64,000 bases of DNA from Bacteroidia bacterium (GCA_026391555.1 JAPLEB010000105.1:9356-73355); one strand, 5' to 3'; counted from the first letter of the stretch, positions 25,786 to 35,703 are shown. The notes: generated from the letters alone by a model not told the origin. Program-made: numbers and translations.

Positions 25786-27162
25786 TCAACCCAGGTACTC
25801 CGGTATTACCTCATTAGCTGATATATTTTCAAGTGTTTCAGCACGCCTGATTACATGAACCTCCCTGTTCTGATCTATTAAAACAACATTTGGCCGGGTG
25901 GTTATAAACTGCAGCCACTGGGTGTTATTGTAAGCTCCTGTTCTGGTTATTACAAACCTGTCGCCACGTTTCAATGCAGGGAACATAAGCGAAGGTCTGA
26001 TAACATCTATATTCATACAAAGCGGACCAAAGATTGTTGTCTCCTCAACCAAACCAGAATGAATGCTAACGGGGTGAATTTTATGATCGTACCAGAATGA
26101 TGTAAAAAGCAGATTCACACCAACATCAACAATGGTTGCTCTGTGACCATCCGAAAGATGTTTATTTGCAAGCACAGAACCAGCAATGTACCCTGCGTTA
26201 TCTATTAGCGCACGTCCGGTTTCCAGTATTAATGTCGGCAGTTTATCGGGTTTAATCTGAGAATTGATAATTGCTGATGTTATAGCCTCTGCGTATTCAT
26301 CGAACGAAGGAGTTGTATCCTCACCCGAAAGGTAGGCTCCCCTCAGAGTATTCTTCGATGCAAATCCTCCGCCCATATCGATATATGAAATATGATGATC
26401 AAATTTCTGAGCTATATTGTAAGTCAGATCAGCAAGCTTTGTAGCCGCGACCCGGTAAGCATCAACACTCATTATATAGGTACCTATATGAGTATGTAAA
26501 CCCATTAGTTTTAGTTTTGGGTTCATCATAATGCGATTTATTGCATCCCATGCTTCACCGTTCTCGTAGTTTAATCCGAACCTGTCCCATTTGGGATAAA
26601 TTCCAATATCCATATTTACCCTGACGGCTACCCTGGCCTCAATATTTTTTCTCTGACAGACATCCGATAACATGAACAGCTCATCTATATGATCGATGTG
26701 AATGAACGATCCATTCCTTACGGCTTTCTCCAGATCATTAATACTTTTACCCGGTCCGTTAAAAATAATATTTTCTCCTTTTACACCATTCCCGATCGCT
26801 TTATCGTACTCAAAACCCGATACAACCTCGGCCCACGATCCTTCCTGATGGAAAATCCGGCAGATGGAATCTAAATAATTGGTTTTGTAACTCCATGCCA
26901 TCTGGACTTTTTGATATCTGAGGTTGAATGCTCTTTTGATATCCTCCATCCCTTTTCTAATTGTCCGTTCAGAAAAAACATAAAGAGGTGATCCATATTT
27001 GTCAAGGAGATCATCTACCTTAACTCCGTCTATAAAAGGCAATGGGGCAACTACCGTTCCAACCCCATGCTTCGATGGAACACCCGGATTTAAACGGGTT
27101 ATTGTTGGTCTTTCGAACATTAATTTTGACATGATATTGTGTTTATTATTTTCGTTCTGCAA
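25786..27162 (-). CDS. Fold-type III PLP-dependent decarboxylase (Orn/DAP/Arg decarboxylase family, DAP-decarboxylase-like)
   Basis: PLP-lysine motif WSYKTNY, glycine loop IDMGGGF, active-site GPLCMNID, and HTHIGT. Confidence 0.85.
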   Translation of the reverse strand: MQNENNKHNIMSKLMFERPTITRLNPGVPSKHGVGTVVAPLPFIDGVKVDDLLDKYGSPLYVFSERTIRKGMEDIKRAFNLRYQKVQMAWSYKTNYLDSICRIFHQEGSWAEVVSGFEYDKAIGNGVKGENIIFNGPGKSINDLEKAVRNGSFIHIDHIDELFMLSDVCQRKNIEARVAVRVNMDIGIYPKWDRFGLNYENGEAWDAINRIMMNPKLKLMGLHTHIGTYIMSVDAYRVAATKLADLTYNIAQKFDHHISYIDMGGGFASKNTLRGAYLSGEDTTPSFDEYAEAITSAIINSQIKPDKLPTLILETGRALIDNAGYIAGSVLANKHLSDGHRATIVDVGVNLLFTSFWYDHKIHPVSIHSGLVEETTIFGPLCMNIDVIRPSLMFPALKRGDRFVITRTGAYNNTQWLQFITTRPNVVLIDQNREVHVIRRAETLENISANEVIPEYLG

Positions 27163-27175
27163 TTTTCAAACTCTT

Positions 27176-28222
27176 CTATAGCTCCCCTGAAGTGGTTAGC
27201 CTGGAGAAAAGTTCCAGGTCCACAATCATATCGTAGGAGTACCTCACAAACATTTTACCCACATCGTAACGGGTGAAGGGTTTCACTTCCAGACCCAATG
27301 TCAGCTTCAGCAGTGCTTCAGGAATATTCTGACCGGCGCCAACTGCCAGATAAACCCATGCAGGAATTCTCGGGTTAATTTCAAGGAGGTAAAGTTTATT
27401 GTCATCTGATCTTATAAGTTCCAGCTCCATTCCCCCTTTCCATTTTGTTTGTGATATTATCTTTTTTGCCAGATCAAGTAAAGTGTGATCTTCAATAGTT
27501 ATGCCTCCCCATGCCTTACCCTTATCGGTAATGTATTGTTTACGCATTGGTACTGCTGCTATCAGATTGCCTTTCCCATCACCAAGTGCAATAACATTCA
27601 CCTCGGTTCCCCTGATATATTCCTGAACAATAACGGGAAGGCCCCATTTAGCTGTCATCTTTGAGAAGTAGATTGCTGCTTGTTCCACTGAGTGAGCAGC
27701 ATAAGCATCGTAGTATTTCCCCTTTATCATCACCGGATAGTTCATCGATTTAAGGGTATTATTTAAATCAGATACGCTAAAAACCTCAGTACCGGAAGGG
27801 ACATTAACACCATATTTTTTCCCGTAAGCAGGAAGATTTGATTTATTTCTCTCATCAAACTGTTCCATTGTAGGCAGATAGGTTTTTATCCCGATTCCCT
27901 CAAGCCTTTTTTCAAGTTTTATAAATGAAAAGAGCTCAGCATCAAAATTCGGGATAATAACATCTAACTTCTCTTTATGGTGTATTTCCAATAATCTATT
28001 GAATAAAGCGTCCTTCCCTTCCGCCGGGTAAGGAATCATATATGTTTTATCAACCAGGTCGCTCATGTAAATACCAGGTTCAAGATGCTCGTATGCCAAT
28101 CCGATTATCCTGACGTCGAAATCCTTTGATTCACGAATTCCGCGTATCACAGGAATCCCCGGACCCGGGCTGTCAATGTTGTTAAGACCCGTTACTGCAA
28201 CCGTTACTTTCTGAGGGTTCAT
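27176..28222 (-). CDS. ATP-grasp ligase
   Basis: Pre-ATP-grasp N-domain, then YPVMIKGKYYDAY, VIVQEYIRGTEVNV and MELELIRSDDNKLYLLEINPRIP (the ATP-grasp E..N Mg-binding block). Confidence 0.8.
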   Translation of the reverse strand: MNPQKVTVAVTGLNNIDSPGPGIPVIRGIRESKDFDVRIIGLAYEHLEPGIYMSDLVDKTYMIPYPAEGKDALFNRLLEIHHKEKLDVIIPNFDAELFSFIKLEKRLEGIGIKTYLPTMEQFDERNKSNLPAYGKKYGVNVPSGTEVFSVSDLNNTLKSMNYPVMIKGKYYDAYAAHSVEQAAIYFSKMTAKWGLPVIVQEYIRGTEVNVIALGDGKGNLIAAVPMRKQYITDKGKAWGGITIEDHTLLDLAKKIISQTKWKGGMELELIRSDDNKLYLLEINPRIPAWVYLAVGAGQNIPEALLKLTLGLEVKPFTRYDVGKMFVRYSYDMIVDLELFSRLTTSGEL

Positions 28223-28224
28223 TT

Positions 28225-28467
28225 TTATTCCTCCAGTAGATTATTTACACTAAGGTCATTCACAAAATCGGACAGATATCTTTCCAGTGAAATTTTATCC
28301 ACATCGTATTTTCCCAGCAACAAATCGGTTATCTGACTAATATTTTTCCCTTCTTTAATCAGCATAAGTACCTCTTTACCGATATTATTCAATGTAAATG
28401 AGTCGCCTGTAGAGGGGTTAAAAACGAATCCGTTTTCACTGAGCGCTATGTTTCCTTTAATAAGCAT
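28225..28467 (-). CDS. PqqD-family small protein (peptide-binding RRE-like)
   Basis: 80 aa: ...GFVFNPSTGDSFTLNNIGKEVLMLIKEGKNISQITDLLLGKYDVDKISLERYLSDFVNDLSVNNLL fits the PqqD pattern (x-LN-x-G-x-I-W/L...tv.eI...L...Y.vd...l..Dv..Fl..L...gL). Its stop is 2 nt from the ATP-grasp start. Confidence 0.75.
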   Translation of the reverse strand: MLIKGNIALSENGFVFNPSTGDSFTLNNIGKEVLMLIKEGKNISQITDLLLGKYDVDKISLERYLSDFVNDLSVNNLLEE

Positions 28468-28742
28468 AAAAGTATTTTTATGTTTTTATTATCGTTCAAA
28501 ATTTAACTTTAATAATAATCTGAACAAACGTAGTCCCAAATAAAATCTTACACAAAACTAATCAACGAATTGGGAGGTTGTGTATGTATAACCGGGGTTT
28601 TTATCAGTAGAAAGATAACCCATCACAACCTGTCCGCAGGGAGAAGTTCTCAAAACCAACGGAACAAGGTAATACAGTAAGATCAAAGAATTTGATAAGA
28701 CGATAAAATTTTTTTGTTATAAAACATATAATCACGAATAAC

Positions 28743-29639
28743 CTACTTATAATGCTCATCCTTAGCCTTTAATGATAAAAAAACGCTTGGCATCGGCGAT
28801 TTGACTGTTATCAATTCACCATTTACAGGATGAGGAAATGAAAGGGAATAGGCATGAAGCCTGACACGACGTACATAATCACTTGAAGCGCCATATTTGC
28901 GATCTCCTACTATCGGGCAGCCAATATCTGAAAGATGCACTCTTATCTGGTTTTTACGGCCGGTATCTGTTTTAATATCAAGGAGGGCGTAATTATTCAA
29001 AAGTCTGATGGTTTTATAGTGTGTAATGGCAAATTTAGCATTTGCTGTTTCAGTAACTGAATGCATTTTCAACGATTTATCTTCGATGAGCCAACTTTTA
29101 ATGGTGCCTTCGGGACTTACAGGGATTCCTTCAACGAGAGCAAAATAATGTTTTTCTGTTTCTATCCACTTGTCTTTAATAGTATTCATTGCAATATCCG
29201 ACTTGGCAAATAACAACACTCCCGATACCTCCTTATCAATCCGGTGCACAACAAACGCTCTCACTTTTCCTTTACTTATCTGTTTTAAAAACTGAGAAAT
29301 GATTTGTAGTATACTTTTGCTGCCATCGGTACTCGATGTAGAAATGCCGGCAGGTTTATCAATCACAATTACATGCTGGTCCTCATATAAAACAGGAAAA
29401 GGAAGCCTGGCTTTGGCAGAAATTCCGGGATGTAGGTTGATGTCAACGATATCTCCCGGGTTTAATGGATATGAATGTAAAGTGATTGATTCATTATTTA
29501 CACGAATTGTACCGCTTTGCAACAACTTTTTTATCCTGGCTCTTGGTGAGTCAGGATATTGTTCAGAAAGAAATTCAAAAAGAGTAAATGATTTATTTAT
29601 TGTTGTTTTCACGTAGTTATATGTTAATTGAAGAATCAC
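28743..29639 (-). CDS. RluA-family pseudouridine synthase with an N-terminal S4-like domain
   Basis: HRIDKEVSGVLLFAK (the HRLD..TSG catalytic Asp motif), KHYFALVEG and GRKNQIRVHL. Confidence 0.85.
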   Translation of the reverse strand: MILQLTYNYVKTTINKSFTLFEFLSEQYPDSPRARIKKLLQSGTIRVNNESITLHSYPLNPGDIVDINLHPGISAKARLPFPVLYEDQHVIVIDKPAGISTSSTDGSKSILQIISQFLKQISKGKVRAFVVHRIDKEVSGVLLFAKSDIAMNTIKDKWIETEKHYFALVEGIPVSPEGTIKSWLIEDKSLKMHSVTETANAKFAITHYKTIRLLNNYALLDIKTDTGRKNQIRVHLSDIGCPIVGDRKYGASSDYVRRVRLHAYSLSFPHPVNGELITVKSPMPSVFLSLKAKDEHYK

Positions 29640-29865
29640 ATTCGGGTTGCTTAATAACCGGTCAAAAGGTGTAAAACACTTAAACTATTACACCACCTTC
29701 TTCAGTACGCCGAAGACACCTCTTATAAATGTTGCGCTTATAAATACTTTAACAAGCTCCTCCTGGGTATCGTGCTTCAAAAAAGTGTCCAACCCCAATA
29801 AGGTTTAGTTATTGTGTACCAATACGGATCAAGAACAGTATACAGAACAGCTATAATAATTTTAG

Positions 29866-30363
29866 TTACTGAAAAGTCTGATGTGGAATGGGGTTTCGCG
29901 GATCATTTATTTTTGTTGAACCGATGACATTGCACACACAAAGGACATAATTAAAAACATAACGAACATCTCCCTGGGGACCGAGGTAGGCAGGAAAATT
30001 TGCAGGATCTCCGGTCTTAGGATCGCTTCTTTGTGCCCCGGCTCCATGCACATCCCTAAGATATCCATTCATTTTTCCCTGTGCTTTTCCAAATGCAATA
30101 TAAACAGCAGCTTTATAAGGATTTGTACCATCAAGATGAGTAGTACTGGTCCAAAAATAAGGATATTGACCTGATTGGCCGTTTGGATCAATTATCGCAG
30201 TCGTTGAAAACAAGGGGTCTGAAATTATTGCCGAATTGTTGTAGAAGACGTGAACCCCCGTTTCAACAATCGGATAAGTCAGGTTTTGGCTTTGTCCGGT
30301 GAAACTTGTTGATGTTGCAAGAAAAACAGATAGCATTAGTATGTAATGCAGACTTCTCTTCAT
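29866..30363 (-). CDS. Secreted DUF1566 (Lcl C-terminal-like) domain protein, apparently short
   Basis: Start trimmed to MKRSLHYILMLSVFLATSTSF. C-terminal YFWTSTTHLDG...AVYIAFGKAQG...DVHGAGAQRSDPKTGDP...GPQGDVRYVFNYVLCV resembles DUF1566 proteins. Confidence 0.5.
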   Translation of the reverse strand: MKRSLHYILMLSVFLATSTSFTGQSQNLTYPIVETGVHVFYNNSAIISDPLFSTTAIIDPNGQSGQYPYFWTSTTHLDGTNPYKAAVYIAFGKAQGKMNGYLRDVHGAGAQRSDPKTGDPANFPAYLGPQGDVRYVFNYVLCVCNVIGSTKINDPRNPIPHQTFQ

Positions 30364-30462
30364 GGTTTTTCTATCTATCCGGGGAAAAAATAACCCAACA
30401 TTAATAAATATTTTATGCGATAAACTTAGCATCTGTGACTAGGAACCCGCCAAGGCGTGTCC

Positions 30463-31527
30463 CTACTGGTATAAATAAATTTCTGATACTGATTTTATCG
30501 CCCTGTCGGAGAAAAAATCAGCAGCAGCAAAGATACGGAAAAGACCTCCATCTTCCTCATCCTTCGTTTTTATCAGCATGAATTCCTGCTGGTCATTTCT
30601 GTTAAATAGTTCAGAATATGAAACAGCACACCTGTAACCATCTTTACCGGCAAAACACATTACTCCTGATTGCAGATTCTTCCTGTTAATGGGATAATAC
30701 TTCAATAGCATATCTTTAAGGAGAACCCCTGTAAAGGGTGAAGTACTGTGAATGCCTTTACCCCTGCCATAGAAAATTGTATTAAAAGTGATGAGGTCTT
30801 TTGCCATTTCAGGAGCCAGAACAGCAAGCTGTTTATCTCTGCTGAATATCTTAAAATCTGAAGAATACATCGGCGACATACCCTTTACTACAGGAAATGA
30901 TTTCCGAATTGATCTTACCGTGATTTTCACCGGATATGAAATGTTTCTTTCAGTCACAAGATCGCACGCGGAAACAATTCTACTCTCTCCAGGGAGTGGC
31001 CATAACTCTTTTGTTTTGGAAGGTACTATCCGCGACACATTAGTGGCTATAATAATCTTATGAAGGTTGTTTGGATAGTAAATTTCGCCCCAACTGAAAA
31101 CTACCTTTTCACCTTTTTCATTTTCAATTTCAACATAAATATCAATAATTGGATTAAACTCAGCAGTGTTCACCTTTTTAAGAATTATTTTATTGAGTAC
31201 ATCAAAAAGTGAATACCCGTCATACCTGTAAGCGCCAACAAATATGTCACTACCGGCACTGTCGAGAAGTGTCTCTTTGACGATAACCGAATGTATAAGA
31301 AGCTCTGAAAAATCTACTTTCCCCGGATTTGCTATCTCTCCATCAATAATTAAATCCTTTACAGGAAGGGCATAGGTTTCTGTATTATCATAAAAATTAT
31401 TGGTCATGTCTGATGTGTCAATGAATTGTAACCCTAACTGGGTAACTTTACCTGAGTTTTGTCCCGGTCGGGTGTTACACGAAATCAAACTTAGTGAAAA
31501 TACAATGAACAAAGTTATTGATCTCAT
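30463..31527 (-). CDS. Hypothetical lipoprotein, possibly with two SUOX/molybdopterin-oxidoreductase-like fold domains lacking obvious cofactor motifs
   Basis: Lipobox SLSLISCN. Two repeats have a pattern L.V.G.V..P..v....L...(x)...G....G.Y.Y.G..L.D.L.... Function not supported. Confidence 0.45.
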   Translation of the reverse strand: MRSITLFIVFSLSLISCNTRPGQNSGKVTQLGLQFIDTSDMTNNFYDNTETYALPVKDLIIDGEIANPGKVDFSELLIHSVIVKETLLDSAGSDIFVGAYRYDGYSLFDVLNKIILKKVNTAEFNPIIDIYVEIENEKGEKVVFSWGEIYYPNNLHKIIIATNVSRIVPSKTKELWPLPGESRIVSACDLVTERNISYPVKITVRSIRKSFPVVKGMSPMYSSDFKIFSRDKQLAVLAPEMAKDLITFNTIFYGRGKGIHSTSPFTGVLLKDMLLKYYPINRKNLQSGVMCFAGKDGYRCAVSYSELFNRNDQQEFMLIKTKDEEDGGLFRIFAAADFFSDRAIKSVSEIYLYQ

Positions 31528-31537
31528 TTTTTTAAGA

Positions 31538-32854
31538 TTAATTCACAATCACAACGATAATATCCATTACATTGGTCATAGTGGGACCGGTAATGATCTG
31601 GCCTCCTGCTTTTTTAAAGAAATGATATGAATCGAACTCCATGAGATATAATGCAGGATCATAATTTTTCGAAAGGGCTTCTGGAAAGGTATCCGAGTCA
31701 ACAACAGCTCCGGCGGCACCAGTTGACCCGTCGGTACCATCTGTTCCTGCAGAAAGTATTGTTATTCCAGGATGGTCCTTAAGCAGATCGGCACACAATA
31801 ACGCTAAATGCTGGTTTCTTCCGCCATGCCCTTTACCTGTCATTTTAATTGTTGTCTCTCCTCCGAATAAAAGGCAGACCGGCTTAACCTCATACTTATC
31901 CTCTTTAAATTTTAATGATGTCCCCACGATATACTCTGCAACACTGGAAGCATCGCCTTGCAGTTGATCGTCGATAATAACTGCATTAATATTATACTCT
32001 AATGCTTTCTGTTTCGCTGCTTCAAGTGCCAGCCTGTTATTACCGATTAAAAGGTTAAAGGTCTTCTCAAAAACAGGATCCGCGGGTTTTGTTGTCTCTT
32101 GTCTGATTCCGGTTGCTCCTTCCTTTAGATATTTAATAATTCCACTTGTCACAGATGCTGTTAAATTAAATTTATCTAAAACAGTCAGCGCCTGAAGAAA
32201 TGTTGTGGGGTCGGGAGTTGTTGGCCCGGAGGCAATTACATCTAATGGATCGCCAGGCACATCAGATAAGATAAGACTTACGAGTGTAGCCGGACTAACG
32301 GCACTGGCAAGCTGACCACCTTTAACAACTGACAAATGTTTGCGTACCGCATTAATCTCACTAATACAGGCTCCGCTATTAACAAGCAGAGCATTAACTG
32401 AAATCATATCTTCTGGAGAAGAGCCTTCGGGAAAATCAGGAAGAAGTGCTGAGCCACCGCCAGATAAGAGGCATATTACCAGATCATTAATGTTGGCCTT
32501 ATCGGCAATTTTCAGTATTATTTCAGTTGCTTTGAACCCGTTTGAATCGGGTATAGGATGGCCCGCTTCCATAACCTTAATATATTTGAGGTTACAGGAA
32601 TGTCCATATTTTACAACGATACGCCCTTCAGTAATCCGGTTGCCCAGTATCTTTTCTACCTCAGCACCCATCATGGCGCTTGCTTTACCTGCACCGATAA
32701 CATAAATATTATCAATTACTTCCAGGGAGAAGTTCAGAGAACCGATAGCCAGACAATTATCTTTTAAGGCCATCACCTTTGTTATCAGTCTTTCAGGAAG
32801 AACACTCTCTACTCCTGCCAGAAAAATCTGTTCAGCAATTGTTCTGTGATTCAT
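31538..32854 (-). CDS. Glycerate 2-kinase / hydroxypyruvate-reductase-like protein (DUF4147 + MOFRL)
   Basis: IYVIGAGKASAMMG, CLLSGGGSALL, LLFGGETTIKMTGKGHGGRNQHLAL and ILSAGTDGTDG. Confidence 0.85.
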   Translation of the reverse strand: MNHRTIAEQIFLAGVESVLPERLITKVMALKDNCLAIGSLNFSLEVIDNIYVIGAGKASAMMGAEVEKILGNRITEGRIVVKYGHSCNLKYIKVMEAGHPIPDSNGFKATEIILKIADKANINDLVICLLSGGGSALLPDFPEGSSPEDMISVNALLVNSGACISEINAVRKHLSVVKGGQLASAVSPATLVSLILSDVPGDPLDVIASGPTTPDPTTFLQALTVLDKFNLTASVTSGIIKYLKEGATGIRQETTKPADPVFEKTFNLLIGNNRLALEAAKQKALEYNINAVIIDDQLQGDASSVAEYIVGTSLKFKEDKYEVKPVCLLFGGETTIKMTGKGHGGRNQHLALLCADLLKDHPGITILSAGTDGTDGSTGAAGAVVDSDTFPEALSKNYDPALYLMEFDSYHFFKKAGGQIITGPTMTNVMDIIVVIVN

Positions 32855-32863
32855 TTTAAAGGT

Positions 32864-34096
32864 TTAAGTAAAGAAGAGATATGCAACAAATATTGCAGTA
32901 GTAAAGCCAGCAAGATCAGCAAGTAAGCCACATCCTATCGAGTACCTTGTGTTTTTTATTCCTACCGAACCGAAATAAACTGCAACAATGTAGAATGTTG
33001 TATCAGTTGTTCCCTGCATTGTACATGCTAATCGTCCAAGGAACGAATCGGCTCCATGGGTTGTCATGGCATCAATCATAAGTCCGCGGGCGCCGCTTCC
33101 GGAAAGAGGTTTCATAAATGCAACAGGCAGTGCGCCTGTGAATTGGGTATCAACACCAAGCCATGCAAAGAATTTAGCAATACCGGCAATAATAAAATCC
33201 ATTGCACCTGAGGCTCTGAAAATTCCGATCGCCACCAGAATGGCAACCAGAAATGGAATGATTTTGATGGCAATACTAAATCCCTCTTTTGCACCCTCAA
33301 TGAATGCGTCATAAACATTCACCTTTTTTATGAATGCCAATACAATAAAAAGTACAATAACCGACATTAGGACGAAATTTGCTGCAAATGTTGAAATTGT
33401 CGATATCTGCTCCTTAGGAAGTCCGCTGAAATAGATTATTATACCGGTAATTATTGCTGTAAATCCTCCGAGATAAGCCAGGATAACTTTGTCGAATAAA
33501 TTGATTTTCTGGATAATAGCAACACTGACCATCCCGGTGAGTGAGGCAGCAAACGTTGAAATAAGTATCGGAATAAAAATGTCAGCCGGGTTAACGGCGC
33601 CAAGCTGTGTCCGGTAAACAATAATGCTGACAGGAATAATTGTGAGACCGGCAGCATTCAGAACCAGGAACATGATCTGGGCATTTGAGGCAGACTCTTT
33701 ATCGGGATTGACCTCATGCATCTCTTTCATTGCCTTAAGTCCTACCGGAGTTGCAGCATTATCGAGACCCAGCATGTTGGCAGATATGTTAAGCATAATT
33801 GATCCATATGCCGGATGACCTTTCGGCAGCCCGGGAAAAAGCTTTTCAAAAAGTGGACCAATAAGTCTGCCAAGGATGGCCACAACTCCCCCTTTCTCTC
33901 CCACTTTCAGCAGACCCATCCAGAGTGTAAGTGCACCTGTCAATCCGAGTGATATTTCAAAACCGGTTTTGGCGTTTGAAAAAACAGCACTAACCATCTC
34001 GTTGAATATATGTGTATTACCTGCGAATATTAACTGACCGAGAGCAACAAGGAATCCGACAATAACGAATGCGATCCAGATGTAGTTTAGCGCCAT
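32864..34096 (-). CDS. Nucleoside-recognition (Gate) domain membrane protein, SpmA/SpmB-like fusion
   Basis: MALNYIWIAFVIVGF..., polytopic, with NISANMLGLDNAATPVGLKAM and PLSGSGARGLM blocks typical of the family. Confidence 0.7.
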   Translation of the reverse strand: MALNYIWIAFVIVGFLVALGQLIFAGNTHIFNEMVSAVFSNAKTGFEISLGLTGALTLWMGLLKVGEKGGVVAILGRLIGPLFEKLFPGLPKGHPAYGSIMLNISANMLGLDNAATPVGLKAMKEMHEVNPDKESASNAQIMFLVLNAAGLTIIPVSIIVYRTQLGAVNPADIFIPILISTFAASLTGMVSVAIIQKINLFDKVILAYLGGFTAIITGIIIYFSGLPKEQISTISTFAANFVLMSVIVLFIVLAFIKKVNVYDAFIEGAKEGFSIAIKIIPFLVAILVAIGIFRASGAMDFIIAGIAKFFAWLGVDTQFTGALPVAFMKPLSGSGARGLMIDAMTTHGADSFLGRLACTMQGTTDTTFYIVAVYFGSVGIKNTRYSIGCGLLADLAGFTTAIFVAYLFFT

Positions 34097-34134
34097 GCTG
34101 ATAGATTGAGTTGCTAAGATAATTATAATAGAAT

Positions 34135-34185
34135 ATAAAAGATAAAAGACAAAAGTAAAAAGTTGAAAAAGTCTAAAGTTTAGAG
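34135..34185. repeat. Heptamer-periodic A-rich tract, the reverse complement of the CTTTTAT-type units
   Basis: G recurs at 34141, 34148, 34155, 34162, 34171 and 34178 (spacing 7,7,7,9,7): ataaaag ataaaag acaaaag taaaaag ttgaaaaag tctaaag. Confidence 0.7.
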
Positions 34186-34389
34186 TTCTTTTATGGGAGA
34201 GCCTGTAACGATTTATCAGGTTTATATGATCGTACCCTCAGATTCTGATAATGCATCCTGATTTTTATCATAGAAAAGATGATTTAATAGTTGTAATTTC
34301 GATGATTGCATTTTTTTTTCCCCTGAAAAGATTCTGATGATCAGATTATTAAAATTCCTAAAAAGTATCACTCTATAAACTTTTAAATT

Positions 34390-35703
34390 ATGCCTAAAGT
34401 TACAAAAGAAGACGCACTTCTTTACCATAGCAGGTGCCGTCAGGGAAAAGTAGAAGTAATTCCTACCAAACCTTATTTTACACAATACGATTTAAGCCTT
34501 GCTTATACGCCTGGCGTTGCCTTCCCATGCCTCGAAATAGAGAAGAATCCTGAGGATGCTTACAAATATACTGCAAAGGGAAATCTGGTTGCAGTTATTT
34601 CTAATGGAACTGCTGTTTTGGGATTAGGAGATATCGGTACCCTGGCCGGAAAACCTGTTATGGAAGGTAAGGGTCTGCTTTTCAAAGTGTTTGCCGATGT
34701 TGATGTATTTGATATTGAAGTAGATGAAAAAAATCCTGAGAAACTGATTGAATTTTGCAGACAGATTGCGCCCACATTCGGAGGAATAAATCTTGAAGAT
34801 ATAAAAGCTCCTGAGTGTTTCGAGGTTGAAGAAAAGTTAAAAAAAATGCTTGATATTCCAGTATTTCATGACGATCAGCATGGTACCGCGATTATATCTG
34901 CAGCAGGTCTCCTGAATTGTCTTGAAATAACCGGCAAAAAGATAGAAAATATCAGATTGGCGGTTTGCGGTGCAGGTGCAGCTGCTATTTCATGCTCCAG
35001 ATTATATGTTTCCCTGGGACTGAAGAGGGAGAATATTGTAATGGTTGATACCAAAGGAGTAATTAATAGAAAAAGGAAAGACCTTAATAAATATAAGCAG
35101 GAGTTTATTACCGACAGGGATATTGACACCTTAGCCCAGGCTGTAATAGGTGCGGATATTTTCCTCGGCCTTTCAGCAGCCAATATGATGACAAAAGAGA
35201 TGCTGGCATCCATGGCAAAAAATCCAATTGTTTTTGCAATGGCAAACCCGAATCCGGAAATCTCATTTGAGGATGCAATGGCAACAAGGACCGACCTCAT
35301 TTTTGCCACCGGAAGATCAGACTATCCGAATCAGATAAATAATGTCTTGGGATTCCCTTATATTTTCAGGGGAGCACTCGATGTAAGAGCCTCAACCATT
35401 AATGAAGAGATGAAACTTGCAGCCTCAAAAGCGCTTGCTGCACTTGCCAGGGAACCCGTACCTGATGTAGTAGCTAAAGCTTATAATGTTGATAAACTGG
35501 CGTTTGGCAAGGATTATATTATTCCAAAACCACTCGATCCAAGACTCATATCAAGAGTTGCTTCTGCTGTTGCAAGAGCTGCAATTGAAACAGGAGTTGC
35601 AAAAATCATAATTAAAGACTGGAAAGCTTATGAAAATAGTCTGGATCAAAGAACCAGCGTGCACATAAGAAAGATTGGAGAGATTAGTGCGCTTTGCGTT
35701 TAA
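34390..35703 (+). CDS. NAD(P)-dependent malic enzyme (short MaeB-type form)
   Basis: [20 protein letters not shown]...[11 protein letters not shown]...[11 protein letters not shown]...[21 protein letters not shown]...[15 protein letters not shown]...[10 protein letters not shown]. Confidence 0.9.
   Translation: MPKVTKEDALLYHSRCRQGKVEVIPTKPYFTQYDLSLAYTPGVAFPCLEIEKNPEDAYKYTAKGNLVAVISNGTAVLGLGDIGTLAGKPVMEGKGLLFKVFADVDVFDIEVDEKNPEKLIEFCRQIAPTFGGINLEDIKAPECFEVEEKLKKMLDIPVFHDDQHGTAIISAAGLLNCLEITGKKIENIRLAVCGAGAAAISCSRLYVSLGLKRENIVMVDTKGVINRKRKDLNKYKQEFITDRDIDTLAQAVIGADIFLGLSAANMMTKEMLASMAKNPIVFAMANPNPEISFEDAMATRTDLIFATGRSDYPNQINNVLGFPYIFRGALDVRASTINEEMKLAASKALAALAREPVPDVVAKAYNVDKLAFGKDYIIPKPLDPRLISRVASAVARAAIETGVAKIIIKDWKAYENSLDQRTSVHIRKIGEISALCV

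Noticed and set aside
29688-29798. Short TTG-initiated minus-strand frame (…DTFLKHDTQEELVKVFISATFIRGVFGVLKKVV*) in the spacer between the pseudouridine synthase and the DUF1566 gene
   Set aside because: No ATG start, about 35 aa, and no recognisable family. It could be a gene remnant but cannot be supported.
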